From Escherichia coli (lineage in GTDB: Bacteria; Pseudomonadota; Gammaproteobacteria; Enterobacterales; Enterobacteriaceae), in the NCBI RefSeq assembly GCF_044324875.1, contig NZ_CP172185.1: a stretch of 64,000 bases of DNA; one strand, written 5' to 3'. Made by a program: the position numbers and the translations under genes. Shown here piece after piece: positions 1-8,535 of the stretch. The notes beneath the pieces were generated by a model. It searched no databases, was not told where the DNA came from, and saw only the letters and a program-made list of their open reading frames with translations. The stretch's first letter is position 1; each line of letters starts with the position of its first letter.

Positions 1-775
1 ACGAGTCTGTATCATTAGCGTGATGCAGTCTCTGCAAAGGATCTTGTTGATAAAATTGGCAGAAACGTTGCCACAATGAAGGGAAACGAGGAGCAAAAAG
101 TTCTGGGGCGCTAAAGAAATATTCAGAAAGTACGGCAAAACATTCAGCAGGATCACTGGCAGCATAAGCATCAATGCTCGCCGCATTCACGCCAACTAAT
201 TCGATTTCTTCCTGAATGTTGTTCATTGCAGCATGAAGATCGTGTTCCCAGCCAGCAACCTCACGCAACGGAATAAAGGGAACTCCGCTGGCGCGATCGC
301 CGTTACGGGTGTCCAGCTTATGAGCGACTTCATGAATAATCAGGTTAAAACCAGAAGCATCAAAAGAATCTTGTATATCCAACCAGTTCAAAACGATAGG
401 CCCTTGCTGCCAGCTCTGACCTGACTGAACAATACGTTGGTTATGCACCAGACCGATATCGTCTTCCCATTCATCATCGACCACAAATGGCGCAGGATAA
501 ATTAAGACTTCATGAAAACCATCCAGCCATTCCAGTCCTAACTCCAGAACGGGAAGGCAAAATAGAAGTGCTATCCGGCAGCTTCTTAATGAATCCAGTT
601 CAAAGCCCTGTAAAGGAACAAGCCGCTTTTGCTGTAAAAAACGTTCGGCAAGAGTGACTAATTTGCTTTGTTCCTGTTCCGTCAGACACGTTAAAAGGGG
701 GATCGATAGTGCTTCCTGCCAGGGAAGGGCAGTTTGATGTGCTGATTCTTGTACTTTCCAGGGCCACTTAATCAT
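1..775 (-). CDS. mtfA: MtfA (Mlc titration factor A), N-terminal part; 3' end runs off the window start
   Basis: Minus-strand translation from the ATG at 775..773 reads [58 protein letters not shown], recalled as the MtfA N-terminus. No stop before position 1, so it is absent from the ORF track. Confidence 0.8.
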   Translation of the reverse strand, partial: MIKWPWKVQESAHQTALPWQEALSIPLLTCLTEQEQSKLVTLAERFLQQKRLVPLQGFELDSLRSCRIALLFCLPVLELGLEWLDGFHEVLIYPAPFVVDDEWEDDIGLVHNQRIVQSGQSWQQGPIVLNWLDIQDSFDASGFNLIIHEVAHKLDTRNGDRASGVPFIPLREVAGWEHDLHAAMNNIQEEIELVGVNAASIDAYAASDPAECFAVLSEYFFSAPELFAPRFPSLWQRFCQFYQQDPLQRLHHANDTDS

Positions 776-868
776 CGTTTTGCTCGCAAACTCGTCACTT
801 GAACAAAATTGCACGGACAGGGACTGTTAAAATGCCAAATTTCCTGGCATCATGGCAACCATCTGAAC

Positions 869-958
869 GGAGAGATGCCGGAGCGGCTGAACGGACCGGT
901 CTCGAAAACCGGAGTGGGGGCAACTCCACCGGGGGTTCAAATCCCCCTCTCTCCGCCA
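869..958 (+). tRNA. serU: tRNA-Ser (anticodon CGA), 90 nt, long variable arm
   Basis: GGAGAGATGCCGGAGCGGCTGAACGGACCGGTCTCGAAAACCGGAGTGGGGGCAACTCCACCGGGGGTTCAAATCCCCCTCTCTCCGCCA. Anticodon stem CCGGT/ACCGG with loop CTCGAAA gives anticodon CGA. The variable arm differs from the attR copy by two compensatory changes. Confidence 0.9.
898..958 (+). repeat. attL core: 61 bp 3' portion of tRNA-Ser, directly repeated at 47168..47228 with 2 mismatches
   Basis: GGTCTCGAAAACCGGAGT[G/A]GGGGCAACTC[C/T]ACCGGGGGTTCAAATCCCCCTCTCTCCGCCA occurs at both ends of the phage-gene block. Integrase gene lies immediately inside. Confidence 0.75.
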
Positions 959-1003
959 AAATTCAATCACTTATACATCATTAAGTCAGTGACAAAAATC
1001 ACA

Positions 1004-1040
1004 CTTGGAATTACTTGGAATATTTTCTTGGAATATTTTC
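1004..1040 (+). promoter_or_regulatory. Three tandem direct repeats CTTGGAAT(A/T)TT next to attL; putative integrase arm-type binding sites
   Basis: CTTGGAATTA, CTTGGAATATTTTC, CTTGGAATATTTTC in tandem, overlapping the int stop codon. An inverted copy (TTATTCCAAG) lies near attR at about 47113..47124. Confidence 0.4.
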
Positions 1041-2036
1041 AGGTAACGGGACATCAAGTGTTGGTGAAACTTTAACCTTCCGGTCATAGATTAGCACTTG
1101 CCCTTCGGTTTTGTGACCAGAGAAAAGTTGCTTATCCCGGCTGCTTCCTTCATAGTCTGAAATTCCTTTCGCCTTCAGATCATGAAAGGTGAAGTCGGTT
1201 AAAATACCTGAAACTTTGCCTGCGCGATTTCTTGCTTCTACCCACATTTCGTTAAAGCCTTTGTACATATATCGGTTGCCGTATTGATTGCTGATCACAT
1301 AGGCGGATTTTGGTAACTGTTTTGCTTTTTCGACCGCTGCCTGTAATCGTGGACTCCATGCTTTTATCTGTTTTTTCCCTGTTTTCCCTTGCTGGATAAA
1401 GATCCCGTCGTTTCCAATCTGCTCCCATTTCAGCGATAACACATCGGAAACCCTCGCTGCACACAGATAGGCAATTTCCATTGCGATAAAAACAGGAAGG
1501 GGTGCCACGCTTAATACTGCCTGGTATTCTTTGTCGGTTACATATCGTTCGCGGTTTTTGGCCTTGAATTTACTTACTCCTGCACATGGGTTAGCCTTCA
1601 CGTACCCTCGCTCATACCCCCAACTGTAAACACGGGACATACTGCTTTTTTCATGGTTGGCTTGCGTTTTACTCTGTTCCCCTCTTTTGTCCATGTATCG
1701 ACGGATGTGTTCTGGTTTTATGGAATCCGCTGGTACCTTACCGAATACGGCAAGCAACTTTTTTTGATGTTGCAGATAATCTTTTTGTGTTCTTGGACTA
1801 AGGTCACTGTAACAGGCGCTGGCGAGGAATTTTTCCCACAAGCGACCGAATGTCATTGCACGATCGCGATTATTTACAGTTTCCTCATACTTTTTCCATA
1901 AAGCAGCTAAACCATCCTTGATGGCGGTTAGTGTTACAGATTCTCTGGATGTTGGTTTCCATACATAACTATATTTATTTGGGTATACATTTGGAGGTAA
2001 TTTTTCGTGTTCAGGATTTTTCCTTCGTCTTCCCAT
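1011..2036 (-). CDS. int: Tyrosine integrase, lambda Int family
   Basis: 341 aa ORF. N-terminus MGRRRKNPEHEKLPPNVY resembles lambda Int MGRRRSHERRDLPPNLY. Adjacent to the tRNA attachment site. Confidence 0.9.
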   Translation of the reverse strand: MGRRRKNPEHEKLPPNVYPNKYSYVWKPTSRESVTLTAIKDGLAALWKKYEETVNNRDRAMTFGRLWEKFLASACYSDLSPRTQKDYLQHQKKLLAVFGKVPADSIKPEHIRRYMDKRGEQSKTQANHEKSSMSRVYSWGYERGYVKANPCAGVSKFKAKNRERYVTDKEYQAVLSVAPLPVFIAMEIAYLCAARVSDVLSLKWEQIGNDGIFIQQGKTGKKQIKAWSPRLQAAVEKAKQLPKSAYVISNQYGNRYMYKGFNEMWVEARNRAGKVSGILTDFTFHDLKAKGISDYEGSSRDKQLFSGHKTEGQVLIYDRKVKVSPTLDVPLPENIPRKYSK

Positions 2037-2239
2037 CAGATCGCACCAAAATTCGGCTCTACCTCGCGTGGTGGTAAAGTTTTATTGCAGGTAAATAGAT
2101 CCCGGCTGACAATCGGTTTGCCACTACGATTGGTATAGAACGGAAGCCCGTTTTCCATTAACCATTTTCGCTGGTGGCTTGCATATTTGCAGCCCGTTAA
2201 TATTAGCAATTCATCTTCGGTTAAAAATAAGCTGCTCAT
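2036..2239 (-). CDS. xis: Excisionase-like protein (Xis)
   Basis: 67 aa ORF whose stop overlaps the int start. Small basic protein with a DNA-binding-like motif. Position is canonical for xis. Confidence 0.65.
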   Translation of the reverse strand: MSSLFLTEDELLILTGCKYASHQRKWLMENGLPFYTNRSGKPIVSRDLFTCNKTLPPREVEPNFGAI

Positions 2240-2255
2240 AGCTATATCTCATAAC

Positions 2256-2283
2256 CGCCGCTAACTATATGCGGTTAGCGGCG
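2256..2283. other. 10 bp perfect inverted repeat (CGCCGCTAAC...GTTAGCGGCG) between exonuclease and xis
   Basis: Stem-loop in the 58 bp gap between the two genes; no U-run, so not a simple terminator. Confidence 0.3.
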
Positions 2284-2297
2284 ATTAGGGTTGAACA

Positions 2298-4751
2298 TTA
2301 AAAATCAGCCTGATTCGGGATCAGTTTTTGTATAGTGGCTGTTACGTATTTTGCCTGGTGAAGAGCGTCATCCAGAGCATTATGGCGCACGCCTTCGAAT
2401 GGAATTACGCTTCTGGCATTGAAGTCTGTGATTTTCCCCATCTCAACGATTGTGCGTACATCACGATCGTTGCTGTAATGCCACGGACAGGGGATGTCCA
2501 GACGTTCGTATGAGGTGCGCAAAATTGCGTTATCGAACGTTGCGCCATTACCCCACACCTGAACGAATTTTTCATCAGAGTGTTCATTGACGAATTGCCG
2601 AAAACGCAAAAGGGCATCTTTCATTTTTACCTGGTCAGTTAAAATGGCAGCTCTGGCTTCGCTGGACTGCTTCAGCCACCATTCGATGGTGCCACCATCA
2701 GGAACAGCCCCTGTATTCATTGCGTCAGTCAGGCTGATAACGATATAAAATACCGGCCCGATTTCCCCTGTTTCCGGGTCGAAGAAAACCGCACCAATAA
2801 CTACTATGGGTGCATTGGTGTTGGCTCCCATTGTTTCAAGGTCGACTGACAGGTGATTCCATACTCTGCTGGTGGATGTGATTTCACGATGACCGTTCAT
2901 CTTAATTAAGGAATTTTCTGTTTCGCCAGTTTTATTATCGCTGGCGTGGCCCTGAGCGCCGCCAGTGTTCTCCTTGTGCGGATGCTCAGTGCCTTCCGTT
3001 TCCTCCGGATTTTTTTCCTGAGATTCAGCCTGATTTTCTCCATTGAATGTTTCCTGGTATGTTGCGTCACCCATTACTGAGCCACAATCAGGGCAGTTGC
3101 CGCCGCTGGTCTGACCGCAGGCGGTGCAGACTTTTTCCGGTTCCTGTTGCGCTACTGGCTCAGGTTGTTTCGTTTCTGGCTCGTTTTGTAACGCATTTTG
3201 GCTGTTTTGTTCCGCTTTCTGGTCGTTCTGTTCCGTTTCTTGCTGGTTCTGGTTCACTGAATCGCGAGTCTGGACTCCCTTAACCCATTTCAGATCATTC
3301 GGGTCGCTAATCCCTTCAACGAACTCACCACGCGAGGCCGCCAGTAATTTGTCTGCATCGACAGGATTTTTGGGCGGAATGTTTTTCCTAGCTTCATGGA
3401 GTTCTGCCCGCAGTTTCTGATATTTCGCATCAACAGAATTCACCTGCGGCTGAGCATCCAGCGGCTGCGTGTCCGGATGATGTTCAGTTGTATCCGGTTC
3501 CACTGTTTCAGTCGTTGGCTGTTCATCTGCCATTGCGCCAGACGGTTGCGGTTTTTCTTCATCATCCTGTTTTCCTTCTTCTGTTACACGCTGCGGCATT
3601 GGGGCAGAGGAACGACCGCAGGCAATATCCACGATTTCCGGATCAGGGTTGGCATGATCGGTTTCGGTCAGCACTTTATTCAAGTATTCGGTGACGCGCT
3701 GGGGCATAGCCTCTATACCAACCGGTGCTTCTTTCACGGAGGCAACCACGATGGCGCGGGAATAATCCATCCCGCCTGGCATGTTCAGAAAAGCCTTAAG
3801 GAAGACGGAGAAACAGGGATCATTTTCTGCGATAATTTCGTTAACACGTCTGGTATGTGAAGGATGCATGTTGTAAATATCCACATCCATCGAACGAGCC
3901 AGTTTTCCTGTAGCAACATCGAATGCCATTGACGCATTATCATGCACAAAACCTTCGCCGCGATCGGTAAGAATACCGCCGCCAGCGTTAGCGCCGGATG
4001 GTGTGCGACTGATGCGAGAAACACGATTTCCTTTCATCCACTCTTTTGTAAGCAGACCACGATCAGTGTAGTCAGCGTCCAGGTATGCTTCGATGAAGGA
4101 GGTCATCAGTCCCAGGTCTGAATTTACGGGGGCGGGAAAAACTTTGTCAGTGTCCCGCACCAGTTTGTACAAATCCCGAATCTCCAGCGGTTCGAGTTGC
4201 GCTGCTTTATTTGAGATGGCCAGCGCGGTAACGGCGGGAAGTTTTTCTTCCTGTGCGTTATGTAATGAGCGCAGTTCATCCCGCGAAACGTGCGTTACTG
4301 GTTTTTCGCCGCCGTGTTGCGCCAGCCAGCGAACAGGCAGAATCTGACCTGAAACCGGCAGAAGCATATTCTCCTCAATCTCAGTCATGTCTTCGCCATT
4401 AACATTGGTGTTGTCAGTGCTGGCTGGTTTGTCCTGCGCGGATGGCGGAGGCGCGATAAATATCATTGTGATGCCATCTTCGCCGCCTTTTTCATACCGG
4501 TTACAGAATTCGGTATCAAACACGCCTTCCGGTGGAAGGTCATCAACAACGGGCAAATGGACGCGAACAGGTTTTTTAAAGTCGTCTTCATCATAATCGT
4601 TATCATCCATTGCGGTAATGCAGCGGGAGATGGCAACAGATAATTTTTTTGCTGTAGTCCAGTAAAAACCACCTTTAATCCCAAGGCGTTTTCTGACTTT
4701 GTCATTTTTAGCTTCGCAATATAGCGCAAAAGTTTCTTTATCAGTGCTCAT
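2298..4751 (-). CDS. Large exonuclease with C-terminal DnaQ-like (DEDD) 3'-5' exonuclease domain; the type often annotated exodeoxyribonuclease VIII in E. coli prophages
   Basis: 817 aa ORF. C-terminal region has DLETMG...H...D motifs typical of DEDDh exonucleases. Central acidic/Gln-rich low-complexity region and an internal CxxC...CxxC zinc ribbon ([16 protein letters not shown]). Confidence 0.75.
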   Translation of the reverse strand: MSTDKETFALYCEAKNDKVRKRLGIKGGFYWTTAKKLSVAISRCITAMDDNDYDEDDFKKPVRVHLPVVDDLPPEGVFDTEFCNRYEKGGEDGITMIFIAPPPSAQDKPASTDNTNVNGEDMTEIEENMLLPVSGQILPVRWLAQHGGEKPVTHVSRDELRSLHNAQEEKLPAVTALAISNKAAQLEPLEIRDLYKLVRDTDKVFPAPVNSDLGLMTSFIEAYLDADYTDRGLLTKEWMKGNRVSRISRTPSGANAGGGILTDRGEGFVHDNASMAFDVATGKLARSMDVDIYNMHPSHTRRVNEIIAENDPCFSVFLKAFLNMPGGMDYSRAIVVASVKEAPVGIEAMPQRVTEYLNKVLTETDHANPDPEIVDIACGRSSAPMPQRVTEEGKQDDEEKPQPSGAMADEQPTTETVEPDTTEHHPDTQPLDAQPQVNSVDAKYQKLRAELHEARKNIPPKNPVDADKLLAASRGEFVEGISDPNDLKWVKGVQTRDSVNQNQQETEQNDQKAEQNSQNALQNEPETKQPEPVAQQEPEKVCTACGQTSGGNCPDCGSVMGDATYQETFNGENQAESQEKNPEETEGTEHPHKENTGGAQGHASDNKTGETENSLIKMNGHREITSTSRVWNHLSVDLETMGANTNAPIVVIGAVFFDPETGEIGPVFYIVISLTDAMNTGAVPDGGTIEWWLKQSSEARAAILTDQVKMKDALLRFRQFVNEHSDEKFVQVWGNGATFDNAILRTSYERLDIPCPWHYSNDRDVRTIVEMGKITDFNARSVIPFEGVRHNALDDALHQAKYVTATIQKLIPNQADF

Positions 4752-4870
4752 TGATAAACCTCATTGCTGTTTTAAGGTTGTGCGAATCCCTGCCATTGCT
4801 GGCATATAAGAATCGACCCTTATGTATTTATTAAGCTGAATGTCGTATTGGGTCAGTTATTTATTACAGC

Positions 4871-5092
4871 TCACCATGCCACCGCCTTTACAGGTAAACC
4901 ATCACGACCGAGGAAGACTTTAATCATGCGGTCAGTAATGCATGTTTTTGTAGTGAAATCACGGATATAAAGTTTTTGCTTTTCGATATTGTTTGCCGAG
5001 GCGATATATGTCCGGCCTTCGTAAATAACGTAATCGCCGGGAGTGACGCACTGGCGTGGTATTTCATCGGTTCCGAAGTGATGAGCAATCAT
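4871..5092 (-). CDS. Hypothetical small early protein (73 aa)
   Basis: ORF in the leftward early operon between the Rha-like gene and the exonuclease; no recognisable motif. Confidence 0.45.
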   Translation of the reverse strand: MIAHHFGTDEIPRQCVTPGDYVIYEGRTYIASANNIEKQKLYIRDFTTKTCITDRMIKVFLGRDGLPVKAVAW

Positions 5093-5137
5093 AATAATCT
5101 CCTTAATAATTTGTGATATGAAGGAAATTCCAGAAAA

Positions 5138-5692
5138 CTATTTAATACTCAGCAACTGCTCGACGGTCATATTTTTAATTGCGCCCCGGTTTATGAGAGT
5201 CCATCCCTGCTTTTCCAGATAAAAACGGAAAGTATCCAGAGTACAGACCAGTGCGCCATCAGGAACTGTTTCGGTGAATTTGATGTAGCCGTGTTCGTCG
5301 AAGCGGATAACCAGGGTGCGGCCATCACCCGGGATTATTTTGTCAGCGGGTGTGGTGTTATTCCGGCGCAGTTCTTCCTCCATGCGGTCGAACTCGGCAA
5401 TGTAGGCTTCCTTGAATGCAGCGGCCTTTTTGCCCGTGAAGCCCATCACAAGGAAAACGAAGCCGTTTTTGGTGATTTGGTACATTGGGAGTTTGCGTCC
5501 TGTTGAGTCGGTGTATTCGCTCGCCTTAAAATTAAGGGCAGTGAACTCAGCGGAGCAGTCCAGTAATTTTATTTTTTGGATAACATTGTCGTGACGCTTG
5601 CCAAAGAATTCCGCGATCGCAACAGACGTAGTGACAGCGCGACCATTTTCAATGGTTACGTCAGGGTGAGAAAGGGTAAGGGTAGTAGCCAT
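5138..5692 (-). CDS. Phage regulatory protein, Rha-like (185 aa from internal start)
   Basis: Track ORF 5138..5989; the ATG at 5692 is preceded by GGAGG with 8 nt spacing. Sequence from MATTLTLSHPDV...AIAEFFGKRHDNVIQKIKLL resembles the Rha family. A terminator-like hairpin sits inside the upstream extension. Confidence 0.65.
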   Translation of the reverse strand: MATTLTLSHPDVTIENGRAVTTSVAIAEFFGKRHDNVIQKIKLLDCSAEFTALNFKASEYTDSTGRKLPMYQITKNGFVFLVMGFTGKKAAAFKEAYIAEFDRMEEELRRNNTTPADKIIPGDGRTLVIRFDEHGYIKFTETVPDGALVCTLDTFRFYLEKQGWTLINRGAIKNMTVEQLLSIK

Positions 5693-5860
5693 AATGGCAG
5701 CCTCCACGTTGAGTATTGATAACTCACCACCGAGGCTTTCCACGACCATAATGGTGGTGAGACGTACAGGGGTGGAAATACCGGTCAACGTAGAACCCGG
5801 CCAGCCTTGCGGCTGCCCTGCACGCCCCACCATAATCTGAATGTGGCTGTGCTTCACGCA

Positions 5861-5884
5861 TAAAAAAACCGCCTGAGCGCGGTT
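5861..5884 (-). terminator. Rho-independent terminator-like hairpin on the minus strand
   Basis: Minus-strand AACCGC-GCTCAG-GCGGTT followed by a T-run; lies between dicF and the Rha-like gene. Confidence 0.5.
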
Positions 5885-6167
5885 GTGCGCTACGTTTGAC
5901 TTCGGGTTTCCACGCCCGGCACCCGGTTTATGAGGTGCAGGTGCACTATAATTCCACCCGTACTGGTTTTCAATAGCTACATTCAACATTTTCTCTTACC
6001 TTTCATCACCGAAGTGAACTTTGTTGATGCGGTGCCAGGTGCCTCCAGGTGACGTTAACCAGTTAACAATTAACGCCGGATACAGAGAATCCACCCATAA
6101 CTCTGTTTTTGGTTTTAACTGTTCCACGTGCGATCAGCCGCATTCACCACATCACAAAATTCACTTT

Positions 6168-6225
6168 AAAAAGGGCGGCAGAGCAGTCACGGAGTAAAAC
6201 TGATACCGCAAAACGTCACCAGAAA
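6168..6225 (-). ncRNA. dicF: DicF sRNA homolog (ftsZ-targeting sRNA of Qin-type prophages)
   Basis: Minus strand reads TTTCTGGTGACGTTTTGCGGTATCAGTTTTACTCCGTGACTGCTCTGCCGCCCTTTTT, nearly identical to the recalled K-12 DicF (one difference) and ending in its own terminator. Lies downstream of a DicA-like repressor as in Qin. Confidence 0.7.
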
Positions 6226-6480
6226 ATTGATAACAGATGGCGTTGCAGCGGGGTTGTCACTCAGGCGCATGGTCAACCTGACAACCCGGTGTCCTCAAGG
6301 GGAAGGGAACCCCGCCATGCTTACCGCCGCGCCATTTCGCGGAGTGCCACAACCGGAAGCGGACGGTCGACGAAAATTTAACGACAGGCTATATATGAAC
6401 CAGCTACCTCGCCGTGCGCTTTCGTGTTGTGTGCCTGCTTTTAACCACGTCAGGCGAGGTGGTATCCTCTGAGGGGTCTG

Positions 6481-6837
6481 TTACCCGAGAGGAAATTGGT
6501 TATGAATACAATCAAGTTTTCTTGCCCAGAATGTGGTGGCGAAGTCTTCGACACATCCTTTAAGCCGCAGGGCTCTGACAGTTTCGCGGGAGCCATCTGC
6601 AAAAATTGTGGTCACCTTGTAACTGAAGATGAGTCCTCGCAATTCGATGAGGAAATCGTTGACAATATCTTCGGTGTAATCACCGGAGCCTTTCTGAAGT
6701 AAAGGCACATACCGCTTAGTTACCGCTCTGATAATTCTTACCTGCCCGGCAATGGCGCTGATGTCAATATAAAGCGCCATTGCTGCTTCTTTGCCGATCC
6801 CGGGATGCCTTCCATTCTGATGTTTGACTTCGCCCAC
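6481..6837 (-). CDS. Hypothetical protein (118 aa) in leftward operon orientation; overlaps the antisense zinc-ribbon ORF
   Basis: GTG start at 6837 preceded by AGGA at about 7 nt; first ORF after the 7066..7096 terminator. No recognisable domain. Mutually exclusive with 6502..6702. Confidence 0.3.
   Translation of the reverse strand: MGEVKHQNGRHPGIGKEAAMALYIDISAIAGQVRIIRAVTKRYVPLLQKGSGDYTEDIVNDFLIELRGLIFSYKVTTIFADGSRETVRALRLKGCVEDFATTFWARKLDCIHNQFPLG
6502..6702 (+). CDS. Small zinc-ribbon protein (66 aa), antisense to the early-left operon
   Basis: MNTIKFSCPECGGEVFDTSFKPQGSDSFAGAICKNCGHLVTEDESSQFDEEIVDNIFGVITGAFLK has two CxxC pairs about 25 aa apart and an acidic tail. ATG at 6502 preceded by GAGAGGAAATTGGTT. 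Confidence 0.4.
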   Translation: MNTIKFSCPECGGEVFDTSFKPQGSDSFAGAICKNCGHLVTEDESSQFDEEIVDNIFGVITGAFLK

Positions 6838-7065
6838 TGAGAAATCCTCTGTTTCCCCTTAACGCCGGGGTAGCGGAACAAAAACCTGCTGCATAGTTAA
6901 AGTTAAACCCTGCCGTCATGTTCATACGCCTCGGGCTGGCTACTTAACCCCTGACCACTGCCTGGTAACTCGAAGTATTGCCCTGCGTTCTGTGGGGCGG
7001 GGTGGGTTGGTGAAATTAGTTTATACAAAAATAAACTTAACAGTCAATCTGCAACTTAACTAAAC

Positions 7066-7096
7066 AGTAAAAAATAACACTCTCTTTGAGAGTGTT
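7066..7096 (-). terminator. Rho-independent terminator downstream of the parE-like gene
   Basis: 9 bp stem AACACTCTC/GAGAGTGTT with a 3 nt loop, followed on the minus strand by ATTTTTTAC. Confidence 0.6.
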
Positions 7097-7121
7097 TAAG
7101 GCTGTGTTGATGGGCAGAGGG

Positions 7122-7406
7122 TTATGTTACAGGGAACTGTCGGCGGGTATGGACTACGTTTACTATTTCAATACTTGAGGTTGTCACGCGGTACAGAATT
7201 ATATAATTGGGGTGAGCCACAATCTCACGTAAGCCTGGCACTCTGTCGCTTGGGGGGTATAAATACGGATGTTCGGATAATGGCAGCACACACCCCCTTA
7301 ATCGCTGCCATAAGCGTTCTGCCGCATCTATGTCGAAACGAGCAATGTAACTAGTTATATCATCCAGGTCGGTATCTGCGCTTTCAGGCCATAACACAGG
7401 TAACAT
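7122..7406 (-). CDS. parE: ParE/RelE-superfamily toxin (ParE2-like) of a three-gene TA cassette
   Basis: 94 aa. N-terminal LWPESADTDLDDITSYIARFDIDAAERLWQRL and C-terminal IVAHPNYIILYRV fit the ParE pattern. Start abuts the stop of the upstream antitoxin. Confidence 0.8.
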   Translation of the reverse strand: MLPVLWPESADTDLDDITSYIARFDIDAAERLWQRLRGCVLPLSEHPYLYPPSDRVPGLREIVAHPNYIILYRVTTSSIEIVNVVHTRRQFPVT

Positions 7407-7598
7407 TTACTGTTCACTCCGTTCCTTGCGTATTTTAGCAAAGCGTTCTGCCATTCTGCGCTCAACTTCGTCATGGGGAATTGCTGGGCGCGGATCTGCA
7501 AGGCTTGCAGCTACTTTGGCTCGCAGCCATTCGTTGTAACTGTTTTCTTGTTCAATAGTTTCAAACTCAGAAACCATTGGTGAAAGGGCCGTATTCAT
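7407..7598 (-). CDS. paaA: PaaA2-like antitoxin (63 aa)
   Basis: ATG at 7598 preceded by GGAGG. MNTALSPMVSEFETIEQENSYNEWLRAKVAASLADPRPAIPHDEVERRMAERFAKIRKERSEQ resembles the recalled PaaA2 antitoxin of O157 prophage three-component systems. Confidence 0.7.
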   Translation of the reverse strand: MNTALSPMVSEFETIEQENSYNEWLRAKVAASLADPRPAIPHDEVERRMAERFAKIRKERSEQ

Positions 7599-7627
7599 GG
7601 CACACCTCCGTCTGTGTATGGTGGTCA

Positions 7628-8026
7628 TTATGCCCGATGCCCTTTCCGGGCAGCGAGCCATCTTTCAATTGTGCGATCCATTAACTCTTTTTTGTCTTTC
7701 ATCTCCTGAAGCATTTGCTCTTGATCTTCCTCTGGAAATGCCTCAAATGTTTGAAGTAGCTCCTTTTGCCTAGGAGTTATTTTTATTATATCTTGTATTC
7801 TGTCATTTTTTTCTTCATTTAACGGTAAGAAGAACCAATACTGAGGATATCCTGTTGCTTCAGATAGTTTATCTAGATTAGCTGCTGTAGGGCTTGAGAT
7901 ACCACAAACCCATCTTTGAACGGATTGTTGAGTAATGCCAATTCTGCGCGCAAGTTCTGCCTGGCTCCAGCCTGTTACCAACAAAAGCTTCCTAATTCTA
8001 AGAGCACTAATTTCGAGTACACCCAT
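7628..8026 (-). CDS. paaR: PaaR-like HTH regulator (DicA paralog); start uncertain (track ORF extends to 8101 from TTG)
   Basis: XRE-type HTH (GWSQAELARRIGITQQSVQRWVCG). C-terminal LTPRQKELLQTFEAFPEEDQEQMLQEMKDKKELM is paralogous to the C-terminus of the adjacent repressor. Sits directly upstream of the antitoxin-toxin pair. Confidence 0.6.
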   Translation of the reverse strand: MGVLEISALRIRKLLLVTGWSQAELARRIGITQQSVQRWVCGISSPTAANLDKLSEATGYPQYWFFLPLNEEKNDRIQDIIKITPRQKELLQTFEAFPEEDQEQMLQEMKDKKELMDRTIERWLAARKGHRA

Positions 8027-8060
8027 CTGATATATCTTGTTTTTAAGAGTATGCTTCCCA

Positions 8061-8432
8061 TCAGGCGCGGCGACCTTGCTGCGCCAACCAACGTGCGACA
8101 AAATCTTCCATTGCTTCTTTTTTGTTTCTTAGTTCTTTTATGATCTCTTGCTGTTCATTATCAGGAAATGCACTAAATATTTGTAGCAATTCCAGCTGGT
8201 TAGGGGTTAATGCTATAGCTCTTGATGATGGAGACTCTGTTATGTCTTCTGGCTCAATATCAAGATAACCCCCTGGCATCCCATATGTTTGTTCAATACG
8301 TCTAGCTGCTTTTTCGCCAAACGTAGCCTTACCGCTCATTAACTGAGATAAGTAACTTTTCTCTTTGGGTGGCAAAGTTCTGTCTTTGAACCACTCTTTG
8401 AGGCGTAAACGCCGAATCTCTCTTGTTTCCAT
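8061..8432 (-). CDS. dicA: Prophage immunity repressor, DicA-like (HTH_XRE)
   Basis: 123 aa. HTH (SYLSQLMSGKATFGEKAARRIEQTYG) and C-terminal LTPNQLELLQIFSAFPDNEQQEIIKELRNK resemble recalled Qin DicA. Divergent from the cro-like gene. Confidence 0.75.
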   Translation of the reverse strand: METREIRRLRLKEWFKDRTLPPKEKSYLSQLMSGKATFGEKAARRIEQTYGMPGGYLDIEPEDITESPSSRAIALTPNQLELLQIFSAFPDNEQQEIIKELRNKKEAMEDFVARWLAQQGRRA

Positions 8433-8535
8433 ACATGCATTATCTTTAGTAATTGCGAAATAAGCAAATACTTGACTGGTTTATTTAGTTACGTATAAAC
8501 TTTTGCTTGCACTAAAGTATGTTGAGATCGAAATC
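8433..8535. promoter_or_regulatory. Divergent immunity promoter/operator region between the repressor and cro-like genes
   Basis: Sigma70-like rightward promoter TTGACT (8472..8477), 16 bp spacer, TATAAA (8494..8499). Flanked by partially palindromic TTTAGTAA / ACTAAAG motifs that may be operators. Confidence 0.5.

Noticed and set aside
233-424. 63 aa plus-strand ORF
   Set aside because: Lies entirely antisense within mtfA; no RBS or motif.
3047-3860. Plus-strand ORFs (78-154 aa)
   Set aside because: Antisense to the exonuclease gene; Cys/Phe/Arg-rich, non-protein-like.
5693-5989. N-terminal 99-codon extension of the Rha-like ORF
   Set aside because: Contains a terminator hairpin; a strong GGAGG-ATG lies at 5692 where Rha homology begins. 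Treated as non-coding.
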